A DNA stretch of 64,000 nucleotides from a virus. Each line of letters starts with the position of its first letter. The stretch's first letter is position 1. The notes below the pieces were generated by a model. That model had not been told where the DNA came from and ran no database searches. It saw only the letters and a list, made by a program, of their open reading frames with translations. Both the position numbers and the translations under genes were made by a program. Shown here piece after piece: positions 9,795 through 17,997 of the stretch. The stretch is taken from the IMG/VR virus record IMGVR_UViG_3300030019_000008. The stretch is one strand, 5' to 3'.

Positions 9795-10430
9795 TTAGTG
9801 CAGGGACCGGGACGGGGAGTGGCATGCGATGCTGTCATCACAAACGATGCCCCTGGCTTGAGTATTGAATTTCTCACAGAGCAGTTCGACGTGTGTGATA
9901 GAGATCATGGCTTTTTTGAAATCTCTCATGGGCAATAAGATCAAAACATCATTGGTGAGGTTATTCGAGTACGCCATTACCTTCTCGAAGACCTCTTCAA
10001 TACTACCCACGCTTTCAACGAACTGCCAAACAGGAGGTTTCTGGTCTTCCTTGAGATCGATGTAGAGTTCAGGGTTATCTGCAATTGCAGGATGGGTGTA
10101 AACATATGCCAGATCTGTACACCCTTCAGGCATGCACATGTTCAGGCGGTAGCACCCTGTGGTAGAAACATACTCAATCAGATTTCGGATGAAGCTATCT
10201 TGATCGCATTTATCCTCCAGATACGCTGTGAACAAATCGAGATACCAGTTTTCTTTGGTCCATTGCGAGTAGGACTTCTCAACCCCAATCACAAACCCAA
10301 AACAAACGGCCTTGAGAATACCCAGGACAAGCATGTGTTTCCTGGGGTTCTGGATGAGTTTTTGGTAGAACTCATCATAGAGTGCTTTGCTGCTAATCAT
10401 TTCTTTGTCCTTCAAGTGTTTGAGGTTCAA
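9795..10430 (-). CDS. Hypothetical protein
   Basis: 211-aa ORF directly after a promoter-like motif. Confidence 0.7.
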   Translation of the reverse strand: MNLKHLKDKEMISSKALYDEFYQKLIQNPRKHMLVLGILKAVCFGFVIGVEKSYSQWTKENWYLDLFTAYLEDKCDQDSFIRNLIEYVSTTGCYRLNMCMPEGCTDLAYVYTHPAIADNPELYIDLKEDQKPPVWQFVESVGSIEEVFEKVMAYSNNLTNDVLILLPMRDFKKAMISITHVELLCEKFNTQARGIVCDDSIACHSPSRSLH

Positions 10431-10452
10431 TGGGAGATTAACCTCTATACAA

Positions 10453-10468
10453 GTAATGAGTGTTTGAA
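10453..10468 (-). promoter_or_regulatory. Putative early promoter motif
   Basis: - strand ttcaaacactcattac. Confidence 0.65.
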
Positions 10469-10478
10469 CTAATCTGCG

Positions 10479-11126
10479 TCACTCAGCCCAAACGGCAGGA
10501 TATTGAAAACCATCCTGAATGAAGGCACCGGTATCAATCTTTACCTTGAGGGTCGGCATGTCGTTCTTGATCACTCTGGATACGGTCGTCGCAAAGAACA
10601 GAACAGGTTGAAAGAGCTCACTGTCCTGCTCCAACTGGCGCTCCAAGGTATCGATGAAATACCAGTAGCCAGACATCTCAGCAGTAACTGCCTTAGCGAT
10701 AGATTGCCTCAGTATGCCTGCATCGTCAGAATCAGATGCCAGCATATTCTTCCAGTATAGGTAGTGGAGAAACTCCACCATAGCCGCTGTGACGTTTGTT
10801 CCAATGGAATCAAAATGCAGGTCTCCATCATGGAGCATATCCACAGATGGCATCTGAATCACCAGGGTGTGTTTCTCAATCCCATCTTCACGATAGGCTC
10901 TGGCTGATTCAAAGATCTTATCCCAAATGCGCACTGTCTTTGGGTCGGTATTAACAATGTGCATGGAGTGGATGTATGCAGATGCAGCAATGGGTCGATA
11001 GTTGGTTTTCTTCCGGTAGACAGCCCATACCAGAAGTTTCTCAAGCCAAGTAGATACTTTGTTTATGTTGACGAGAATGAAGCCTCCAAGCAACACGCTC
11101 GACAAGGCCAGTAGTGATTTATCCAC
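10479..11126 (-). CDS. Hypothetical membrane-anchored protein
   Basis: N-terminal hydrophobic stretch LLALSSVLLGGFILVNI. Confidence 0.7.
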   Translation of the reverse strand: MDKSLLALSSVLLGGFILVNINKVSTWLEKLLVWAVYRKKTNYRPIAASAYIHSMHIVNTDPKTVRIWDKIFESARAYREDGIEKHTLVIQMPSVDMLHDGDLHFDSIGTNVTAAMVEFLHYLYWKNMLASDSDDAGILRQSIAKAVTAEMSGYWYFIDTLERQLEQDSELFQPVLFFATTVSRVIKNDMPTLKVKIDTGAFIQDGFQYPAVWAE

Positions 11127-11199
11127 GATATCATCCTGGTTAATGGTAGGGTATGGCTATCTGATATACTGTTCCTGTAAAAAGAAAATGCGGAGTAAC

Positions 11200-11232
11200 A
11201 CCAGGGATAGAGGCATAGCCTCTATCCCTGGT
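11200..11232. terminator. Hairpin (15-bp perfect stem)
   Basis: accagggatagaggc-ata-gcctctatccctggt. Confidence 0.6.
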
Positions 11233-11369
11233 CTCCCGTCACTTTCATGTGCTCAGCGATGTTACCGCCTGAGAAGCAGTTGGCTACTCTCCAGACTTGC
11301 ATCCTTATAGGCGATGCCAGACCCCAATGCGCGCAGTTCTCTGCATATGTATATACCTAAATACAAAAA

Positions 11370-11395
11370 AAAGACACCGGGTTAAGGGTGTCTTT
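11370..11395 (-). terminator. Rho-independent terminator
   Basis: aaagacacc...ggtgtcttt with an adjacent A-run (U-tail on - strand) just after the 11400-11618 ORF. Confidence 0.6.
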
Positions 11396-11399
11396 GATT

Positions 11400-11618
11400 T
11401 CAAAAATGGTTCTTCATACCTTCGAGCCAATTTGCAGGCATTCGAAAATCCGTAGGTGTGGCAAGACCAGGCTGTTGATTGATCATTGCAAACCCAATTG
11501 TCACAGGACTACCTACCTGTCCGCCTCCAATGATCTGTTCACCCACTCCTACCTGCTGGAGACCGACATTGGAGTTGGTTACATCAGAATCACTGGTCAA
11601 AGAAGCTACTTTACTCAT
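11400..11618 (-). CDS. Small Gly/Gln/Val-rich hypothetical protein
   Basis: 72-aa ORF with AGGAG RBS and its own terminator. Confidence 0.65.
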   Translation of the reverse strand: MSKVASLTSDSDVTNSNVGLQQVGVGEQIIGGGQVGSPVTIGFAMINQQPGLATPTDFRMPANWLEGMKNHF

Positions 11619-11671
11619 GAAGATCTCCTAGTTTGTACTAGAAGATATCATGGTGCTGGTTGGCCTAAATA

Positions 11672-12304
11672 TCAGGCCTTCTTCTTCTTCTTTGCGAGCG
11701 GATCGTGGGATTCGAGATTTGATGTGCTCTTCGGAAACTGGGGATTGGATTCTCTGGATGGGTGACTGGTTGCTCCGCGACTGCAACTTCCGTTGCGCAG
11801 GTGCCACCCCTCAACAACATTGTCAACCACATCCATCATTGAGTCAAGCTGAATGTAGTCGGTCTCGCCATTGCAGACATGCAAAACCTTGTACTTGTTA
11901 TCGGGAAAACGGATGATGTCCGTATACCCGAGACGAGAAACAACCACTGACTCACCATCAGCCTTGGCGGGCGATGCAGTGCTGGCGATATCCAACAAGA
12001 CATTGAGCCTGGCCAAGTTCAGGAGTTCGTTGATCTTGAGCTCAATCAGGAGGTGAGAGCGGGTCAAAGAATCAAACTCGGCATCATTGCCGACATGGCT
12101 CTTGATGCGCTGGGTCAGCAGATCATTACCGACTTCCAGGATCATCAGATGGTAGCTGTTGGGGCGGCCAGTTTTTTGAAGCACGTAAAACTCGTGCTCG
12201 TCATCGACAGTGACGGTCCGCATTTGGTCGTCGAAAATCTCCACATGCTTTCCGCTGATGTAGAAGTCCACCAATGATTTCGCTTTGTATTCTTTCTTGC
12301 TCAT
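11672..12304 (-). CDS. Hypothetical protein
   Basis: ORF track 11672-12385; start moved to MSKKEY; Lys-rich C-terminus. Confidence 0.7.
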   Translation of the reverse strand: MSKKEYKAKSLVDFYISGKHVEIFDDQMRTVTVDDEHEFYVLQKTGRPNSYHLMILEVGNDLLTQRIKSHVGNDAEFDSLTRSHLLIELKINELLNLARLNVLLDIASTASPAKADGESVVVSRLGYTDIIRFPDNKYKVLHVCNGETDYIQLDSMMDVVDNVVEGWHLRNGSCSRGATSHPSRESNPQFPKSTSNLESHDPLAKKKKKA

Positions 12305-12335
12305 TTCTTTTTCCCTTCTGACCGAAGAATATTGA

Positions 12336-12695
12336 TTACGGCACATACCTCGAAATGACAGATGGGATTTTACGTCCCATATCAATCAGTCCGAGTTCAG
12401 TGATCAAACGATCCTTGAATGCATGGTAACCGCCGGTGAATTTGGTGGCATTTTTCTCACTTACCAAATCACCAATGGTCTCAACAAACGCTTTTGCATC
12501 ATCAACTGTGATACGAAGACCCAGAGTGTGTTCACCGCCATTGTGCGGACACCCGTTACATTCTTCACGAGTGAACAACCGATTGATGGTCCCCCCATAA
12601 TACAGCGACTCCAACAAGTCACCACCAGGGGTGTGCTGCGCCATCGTGAAGTTGAACCAGTACTTATGTTTATACGATGAATCATCGGATGACAT
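12336..12695 (-). CDS. Hypothetical protein
   Basis: ORF track 12336-12749; start moved to MSSDD, which follows AAGGAG. Confidence 0.65.
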   Translation of the reverse strand: MSSDDSSYKHKYWFNFTMAQHTPGGDLLESLYYGGTINRLFTREECNGCPHNGGEHTLGLRITVDDAKAFVETIGDLVSEKNATKFTGGYHAFKDRLITELGLIDMGRKIPSVISRYVP

Positions 12696-12699
12696 CAAG

Positions 12700-13125
12700 T
12701 CACTCCTTAACATAGAAACAGTAATTCCTAACGTCTGCTGAAGCTTCAACTATTTCGGTGAGCTCACGGTCTAGTGCAATGCAGGCCAGCATTTCAAGCT
12801 CACTTATATTGACGTGCCTGCAAATGAAGAGAATGGACTGAGGTGAAAGGAACTGAGACTCAGTGATGTTCAGATCTCTGATATGTGCTTTGCAAAATTG
12901 TGTTACCACATCACTGTAATGCAGGACGAACAGGCACTTACTACCAAGGAGGAGAAGCTGGCCTACCTTATCACCTTTGACATTGAAAATATTGCGATTT
13001 GAGTCAATGTCGAAGATCTTAGTGCGATCACCGCAGACTACTCTAAAAACCTGCCGCGGGTATCTTTCTGTATCATGCTCCAGTTCATAAAACGTTCCAT
13101 GATACAGTGTTTTTACGCATGTCAC
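12700..13125 (-). CDS. Hypothetical protein, paralog family A
   Basis: Shares ELEMLACIALDRELTEIVEASADV-like segment with 13140-13535. Confidence 0.75.
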   Translation of the reverse strand: MTCVKTLYHGTFYELEHDTERYPRQVFRVVCGDRTKIFDIDSNRNIFNVKGDKVGQLLLLGSKCLFVLHYSDVVTQFCKAHIRDLNITESQFLSPQSILFICRHVNISELEMLACIALDRELTEIVEASADVRNYCFYVKE

Positions 13126-13139
13126 GATGCCTCTTCCTG

Positions 13140-13535
13140 CTACAGTTTGGGTATGGAATACTCAACATCAGCAGCCAACCTCACGATATTCAAGACCTGT
13201 TGATCGCGGGCGATGCATGCCAGCATTTCCAACTTTGCCAGACAAACATAGCCGGGGCCAGTGAGATGAAGATCTTCGAGAGAGACTTTGCAGGTCTGAG
13301 TAATGTTCTCATCGTAAACAACCTCGACATAACAAGTCCCAGACCTACTCTGATCAATGATCACTTTGCCAATAGGTTTCCCACTAGGATCAAAAAGACA
13401 ACAGCTCGAATCAATCCGCATTAACACTCGACCACCGCCGGTGGCGAGGTCTTTATAAATGATGCGCGAATCATCATCAGTGTTGTGCACCATGACATAC
13501 ACAACACCATCGTATCTGGCTTCCCCACAGATCAC
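13140..13535 (-). CDS. Hypothetical protein, paralog family A
   Basis: KLEMLACIARDQQVLNIVRLAADV. Confidence 0.75.
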   Translation of the reverse strand: MICGEARYDGVVYVMVHNTDDDSRIIYKDLATGGGRVLMRIDSSCCLFDPSGKPIGKVIIDQSRSGTCYVEVVYDENITQTCKVSLEDLHLTGPGYVCLAKLEMLACIARDQQVLNIVRLAADVEYSIPKL

Positions 13536-13547
13536 CGTTATTCCTTT

Positions 13548-14756
13548 CTATTCATTCAAGAAAGCAACTTGTTTTTCAAAGCCATCAAACCAGATGCTTC
13601 CATCGCAATACTGAGATACGACTTTGTAGAGATCAGTGTTTGAAGTAGTTCCGGTAAAGTCGGTATAGGTGCCATTGGAGGTAACCACCAAATTATCCAC
13701 CGACGTTAGTTTTTCAGCCAGAGGCGTTCCCAGGTCGCAGTTAACCACATACATCGTTTCGGTCTGACCATGCCTCCAACACAATATCTTAGGTTCGCCA
13801 GATTCGGTGACTGCACTCACAGTCGCCCATCCATCACCAATGAATACCGGATTGGTGACAGAGGCCATCCCCCGCACTACCCTGCTTTTCTTGAGGCATA
13901 GCTCTCCTTGGTCATCACGATAAACATGTGAGAACTCTAGGCCTCGGTCCACAACTGGCACCACCACATCTTTCATTTTGCAGGTAGCTATATCAGACAT
14001 CATGAAGTAGTCATCTGCATTCCGGCACATACTGATAACAGATGCCAGGGCGTCTTTCTTCTCACCGTCGATGGCGGTTGAAGTGGATCTTCTGCTGCGC
14101 TGAAACTTTACCGGAGTTTTTGTGGATTTGCTCTTGACTTCGATCTTTGTGATTTTCTGAACTTCCCGGCCTTTACCATCGACATCATCCTCGATAATCC
14201 AGAGCGCTGCTGTTTTCTCTTCTTGGCTAAGGAAGGTGCGTCTCTGGGTAGCTACACTCTCATATTCTTTCAGTTCAATATCCTTTCTCACAATGTCCAT
14301 TGAAAGAATATGAAGTTTGCCTTCATAGCTCACATATCCGAAAGCAATGCCCTCACTCTCCCCATCTTCCCAGGTCCCAATTTTCGTTATAGTTTTGAAT
14401 TCTCCATTGGGTTTCAGGTGTGAGTATTGGAGTATTAGCTCACACTTCACATACACATCTTCAGTTTTGCAAACACTGACAGACCCAAAATTTTTACTTT
14501 CTGGATCTTCATCCACAACTACACCGCTAATTGTTGTTCTGTAGATGGAAAGCAACCCATCACCATACAGTACGGCCAGATAGTCTTTGAACCCGACTAT
14601 TTGAAGAATGCTGTCATTGCAGCCTATGTGTTTGACGGTAACATGGTGGCCTTCATCGTAGTGTGCTGGTATAAGTGCAATACTGGCTTCGGTGCTACCC
14701 ACTCCAGCAACAGCCAGGCAAACATCATTCCTGGCGTGCTTGACACTTACCTGCAT
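13548..14756 (-). CDS. Hypothetical beta-rich protein
   Basis: 402-aa ORF with AGGAG RBS. Confidence 0.75.
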   Translation of the reverse strand: MQVSVKHARNDVCLAVAGVGSTEASIALIPAHYDEGHHVTVKHIGCNDSILQIVGFKDYLAVLYGDGLLSIYRTTISGVVVDEDPESKNFGSVSVCKTEDVYVKCELILQYSHLKPNGEFKTITKIGTWEDGESEGIAFGYVSYEGKLHILSMDIVRKDIELKEYESVATQRRTFLSQEEKTAALWIIEDDVDGKGREVQKITKIEVKSKSTKTPVKFQRSRRSTSTAIDGEKKDALASVISMCRNADDYFMMSDIATCKMKDVVVPVVDRGLEFSHVYRDDQGELCLKKSRVVRGMASVTNPVFIGDGWATVSAVTESGEPKILCWRHGQTETMYVVNCDLGTPLAEKLTSVDNLVVTSNGTYTDFTGTTSNTDLYKVVSQYCDGSIWFDGFEKQVAFLNE

Positions 14757-14765
14757 CTGCGACTC

Positions 14766-15173
14766 CTAGAGATTAATATTGGCGAAGTGAAGGCTGCTGA
14801 TTGGGTAGCATATGAAGAACTCATCAGCAGTAACGCACTCGGCCTGCTTATCGAGCCAAAGCCCCATGACCAGTTCAGCCATGGCTAGTTTCACATAGTC
14901 GGCTTGCCTGCCAACGATGTTGAACTCAAGCACAGACTCGCTGGTTTTCATTGCCTTGTATTTGAAAGTGGTTTCATCGTGTTCTTTTTCATAGAACGAG
15001 ATGTATCCCAGTTTCTCAGCAGTGGCGGCATCGCTCACATACAGAGAACTACTGATGGAAACACCAGAACGACCAGACGGGCAAACCACATCGCGACTGT
15101 CATCATCACAGCCGTGATTGAGAACATAAGTGCCACCCGCTGCATCCATAGTCATCATGCAAAACTTATCCAT
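14766..15173 (-). CDS. Hypothetical protein, divergent member of paralog family A
   Basis: YVLNHGCDDDSR and YVKLAMAELVMGLWLDKQ align to YVMVHNTDDDSR and YVCLAKLEMLACIARDQQ; start after AAGGAG. Confidence 0.7.
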   Translation of the reverse strand: MDKFCMMTMDAAGGTYVLNHGCDDDSRDVVCPSGRSGVSISSSLYVSDAATAEKLGYISFYEKEHDETTFKYKAMKTSESVLEFNIVGRQADYVKLAMAELVMGLWLDKQAECVTADEFFICYPISSLHFANINL

Positions 15174-15582
15174 TACCCTGTACTCCTTTTTCTTCAAGAT
15201 GTTTTTTGGCAAATTCCAAACACTCCATGATGCATGTACGAATCAGTTCTGCGTCATTGGGATAGGTTGTTACCATTCCCCTCTGAGTGAAGGCTAGTGC
15301 CTTATTGAATTCAAACGTTCTGACCATTATGGGGTCGTGATGATCATTGAGAATGGTCTCGATGGCGCTCTTCATCGGAATGTTCAAGAATGCATCAGGA
15401 GCATTCTGTGCAATTGCTCCGATTACAGAGTTATTGACGAACTTGAACTGGGTGTAAAAGTCCTTACTGAAGCGACGAAAATGACCGAACATAGTGACTT
15501 TGAAATAATGCCTGATGCATTGCTCGTGCTCTTCACAGCTTTTGTTTTCAAAGTCGAACTCTTTTTGAACCTCAGCCGGCAT
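15166..15582 (-). CDS. Hypothetical protein, paralog family B
   Basis: KEFDFENK...CIRHYFKVTMFGHFRRFSKDF. Confidence 0.75.
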   Translation of the reverse strand: MPAEVQKEFDFENKSCEEHEQCIRHYFKVTMFGHFRRFSKDFYTQFKFVNNSVIGAIAQNAPDAFLNIPMKSAIETILNDHHDPIMVRTFEFNKALAFTQRGMVTTYPNDAELIRTCIMECLEFAKKHLEEKGVQGNG

Positions 15583-15988
15583 CCTTCACCTCTTGTTCTT
15601 GAAGAAGACCATCTATGTAATCCTGACACTCTTGAGCGCACTGCCTGATGAGGGTTTCATTGTCAGGATTGTTCTGCATCATCAGACGCCCTGTCTCACC
15701 CACCAGATGCATGATTCTCACAGCGTTCATTTGGTAGCTGGAGGGCGTATCTGTCAGATCAGCCATCACCAGCACAATTGCTTCTTCCATGGTGGCATAT
15801 TCTTGCGGAATACCCACTTCTTTTTCCGAGACGCGATACGTGCTGTTGAATCGCAATTTATAGATGAGTTTAAAATCCTTACTTATCCTCACGAAATGAC
15901 GGAAAAGGGTCTCCTTGAAATAGTGTCTGATGTACCGTTCCGAGTACTCAGCATCGCGCTTCTCAAAATCAAACTTTTTCACTATCAC
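15572..15988 (-). CDS. Hypothetical protein, paralog family B
   Basis: KKFDFEKR...YIRHYFKETLFRHFVRISKDF; same length (138 aa) as its neighbour. Confidence 0.75.
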   Translation of the reverse strand: MIVKKFDFEKRDAEYSERYIRHYFKETLFRHFVRISKDFKLIYKLRFNSTYRVSEKEVGIPQEYATMEEAIVLVMADLTDTPSSYQMNAVRIMHLVGETGRLMMQNNPDNETLIRQCAQECQDYIDGLLQEQEVKDAG

Positions 15989-16004
15989 ATCCTCAAGAAT
16001 TCTT

Positions 16005-16040
16005 CTCAGCTAGTAGAAGAAGCTTCTTCTACTAGCTGAG
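16005..16040. repeat. Perfect 36-bp palindrome without spacer
   Basis: ctcagctagtagaagaag|cttcttctactagctgag. Confidence 0.95.
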
Positions 16041-16443
16041 CTGTTGATCTGCGAAACATGGTTTCTGTTTCATTATAGGCTATGCACTGAGCCAGGTACG
16101 CTTTGACCTTAAAGTATCCGGTCTTAAAGAGTGATTTGAACTGGAGCTCGTATAACGACTCACCCAGTCCCAATTGTTCATGCAGGATCTTTACGGAATT
16201 GAATCCAAACCCCACAACCCCGGTATGCCTATCCAGACACAAGTACTCTTCCATAACCCGATGTTCATGGGGGTTGGGGGCATAAGTGACATAATGAGAC
16301 AGAAACGTGACGCATTCAAAAAATGTCTTAATTCGGTGATCCTTGGTAATCTTCCTACACTGTGCTTCAATCTCACTGCTATTTGTGTCATCCCAGAATG
16401 GACCCTTGTCTTTCCATTCTATCCGAAACACTAAGGCATCCAT
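16006..16443 (-). CDS. Hypothetical protein
   Basis: 145-aa ORF with AGGAG RBS. Confidence 0.7.
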   Translation of the reverse strand: MDALVFRIEWKDKGPFWDDTNSSEIEAQCRKITKDHRIKTFFECVTFLSHYVTYAPNPHEHRVMEEYLCLDRHTGVVGFGFNSVKILHEQLGLGESLYELQFKSLFKTGYFKVKAYLAQCIAYNETETMFRRSTAQLVEEASSTS

Positions 16444-16469
16444 TCTTTTCTCCTGTAATGGAAGTAGTG

Positions 16470-16748
16470 TTACGCCGAGTTCTTGAGATGAAGTTCGTAG
16501 TAGTGATTCACCTTTTGTTTCTTGGCTTCAACTACGTCATTGTCGCACCTATCAATCAGACCAAGTTCAATGCACTGCTCGATGGCTGCATAGAGGTGAT
16601 TGATTTCTTCAGTGAGCTCTTCCCGATTCGTGTTACCGGTAGCCGGGTTGATAGACCTCGGCCCGAACTCCATCATCTTGGCAGCTGCTTTACCAATCTC
16701 GTCTGACTCTTCACGAAGTTTGTGAAGGAAGAATTCTTGCTTGTTCAT
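16470..16748 (-). CDS. MazG-like nucleoside triphosphate pyrophosphohydrolase
   Basis: KLREESDEIGKAAAKMMEFG...NREELTEEINHL resembles the EExxE...ELxxE MazG/all-alpha NTP-PPase pattern; start at MNKQ after AGGA. Confidence 0.6.
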   Translation of the reverse strand: MNKQEFFLHKLREESDEIGKAAAKMMEFGPRSINPATGNTNREELTEEINHLYAAIEQCIELGLIDRCDNDVVEAKKQKVNHYYELHLKNSA

Positions 16749-16780
16749 TTGAGTTATTCCTATTTGACGGCAAAAAAGAA

Positions 16781-16806
16781 TCACCAGGGGAACAATCCCC
16801 TGGTGA
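16781..16806 (-). terminator. Rho-independent terminator closing the candidate ncRNA
   Basis: tcaccagggga-acaa-tcccctggtga followed on the - strand by ttcttttttg. Confidence 0.8.
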
Positions 16807-16810
16807 CCCT

Positions 16811-17529
16811 ACCCCACCACACCACTTCAACAGCACTCTCGGATTGAAGTCAGGTCGGCTACCCGACATTCTCACCGGCAATGTTGTCATTCCGACATTC
16901 ACTACTTGTAGTGCAGGCTTTTAGCATCTACCAATGCGCTCTCTCAGAGAGTATTAAGTGCACCTGCTCACTATCCCAGACTCAGGCACTGGGATATTCC
17001 CGTACTCTGGATGTCTAGACACCCAACTGTCCCACTACGACTTTAAAGTAAGCCTGAGAGAACAAGAGTGGGATTCTTAGATCTCTCAATGTGGTGCCGA
17101 ACCATGGCTATTACTATCTCGACCCCCAGTGCAATCCATTTACCAAATGCCACTGACCAGATGTTAGTCAGTACCACGTCGATGCGGTAGTGGGATTGCT
17201 ATAGGCTCTGTTAGCCTGCCTATCGCCTAAGATATATGCAGCGGCGGTGTCTCTACGCTGGCTTTTAACCAACCTGGAAGTGACGCTGCACCATCATGAG
17301 CGAATCTCGAAGTTATTATCGGATCGATCCTCAAAAAGAAGACCTCACCGGCAATAACCTGCTACTGTTTCTGCCAAAGGCTGATCACAGGTGTAATGCT
17401 AACGGTATAGAGACCGCTGGCCCATTGTTCACTCATCACTCCAATGCTCAGACATCGCGCCCCCAACGGCGCAAGTGCAACATTTCTGGTTTCCCGTATT
17501 GCACCGCATCCTAAGCAATGGCAGTGAGA
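16811..17529 (-). ncRNA. Candidate large structured ncRNA (~720 nt; ROOL/GOLLD-like or novel)
   Basis: No credible ORF; 5' and 3' ends pair with G-U wobbles; several long-range 7-9 bp helices and many local hairpins; terminator immediately downstream. Confidence 0.65.
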
Positions 17530-17530
17530 C

Positions 17531-17569
17531 AGCGCCTGTTAGTGAAAGGACAAAAGCCTAACAGGCGCT
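17531..17569. other. 12-bp perfect hairpin abutting the 5' end of the candidate ncRNA
   Basis: agcgcctgttag...ctaacaggcgct. Confidence 0.7.
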
Positions 17570-17622
17570 TATGAGTGTTCTTCCTTCAATGGATAGCTCC
17601 ACCGAATAATTTTTTACTGAGG

Positions 17623-17868
17623 TCAATCGTAATCGATCTCGACACTACATTCTTTCGCGACTTGGGCAAGGGTATTGTCCATGTCCTTAATGCGGTTTCC
17701 TGTCCTGGTAAGATTGCTCTTCACCACCACATCATGCATGCACATCGTTGCATCGATCTCATTGCGTTCTTCGACATAGTTCTTCATCGAGCAAGAGATT
17801 GCTATGACAGTGAGTACACAGAAAGTGAGTGCTGCGATAGTGGTGGCACTGAAACGCTTAGTCGTCAC
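17623..17868 (-). CDS. Small membrane-anchored or secreted protein
   Basis: N-terminal hydrophobic helix TIAALTFCVLTVIAISC; GGAG RBS. Confidence 0.65.
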   Translation of the reverse strand: MTTKRFSATTIAALTFCVLTVIAISCSMKNYVEERNEIDATMCMHDVVVKSNLTRTGNRIKDMDNTLAQVAKECSVEIDYD

Positions 17869-17947
17869 GGTTTTCTCCGGTCATGACGGTTGAACAAAAA
17901 TTCATGGCAACAGCCTTTATAGCCTTGCTTTAAGTAAAGCCAGAGGA

Positions 17948-17973
17948 GTAATGAGTGTTTGAAATGTTTTAGC
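17948..17973 (-). promoter_or_regulatory. Putative early promoter motif
   Basis: - strand gctaaaacatttcaaacactcattac. Confidence 0.7.
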
Positions 17974-17997
17974 CCACAAAATTCACTACCCTGAACG

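Noticed and set aside
17092-17130. GGTTCGGCACCA on the - strand, resembling a tRNA/tmRNA 3' end
   Set aside because: Spacing between the T-loop-like GGTTCG and CCA is wrong, and no cloverleaf or acceptor stem can be built
16711-17514. Short ORFs 16711-16902 (-) and 17296-17514 (+) inside the candidate ncRNA
   Set aside because: No convincing RBS; one crosses a terminator and the other is opposite to the local gene direction; base-pairing explains the region better
16811-17529. Group I/II intron or RNase P RNA as the identity of the structured region
   Set aside because: Flanking ORFs are complete and unrelated, a terminator follows, and I found no group II domain V, group I core or RNase P P4 signature by eye; a cmscan is still needed
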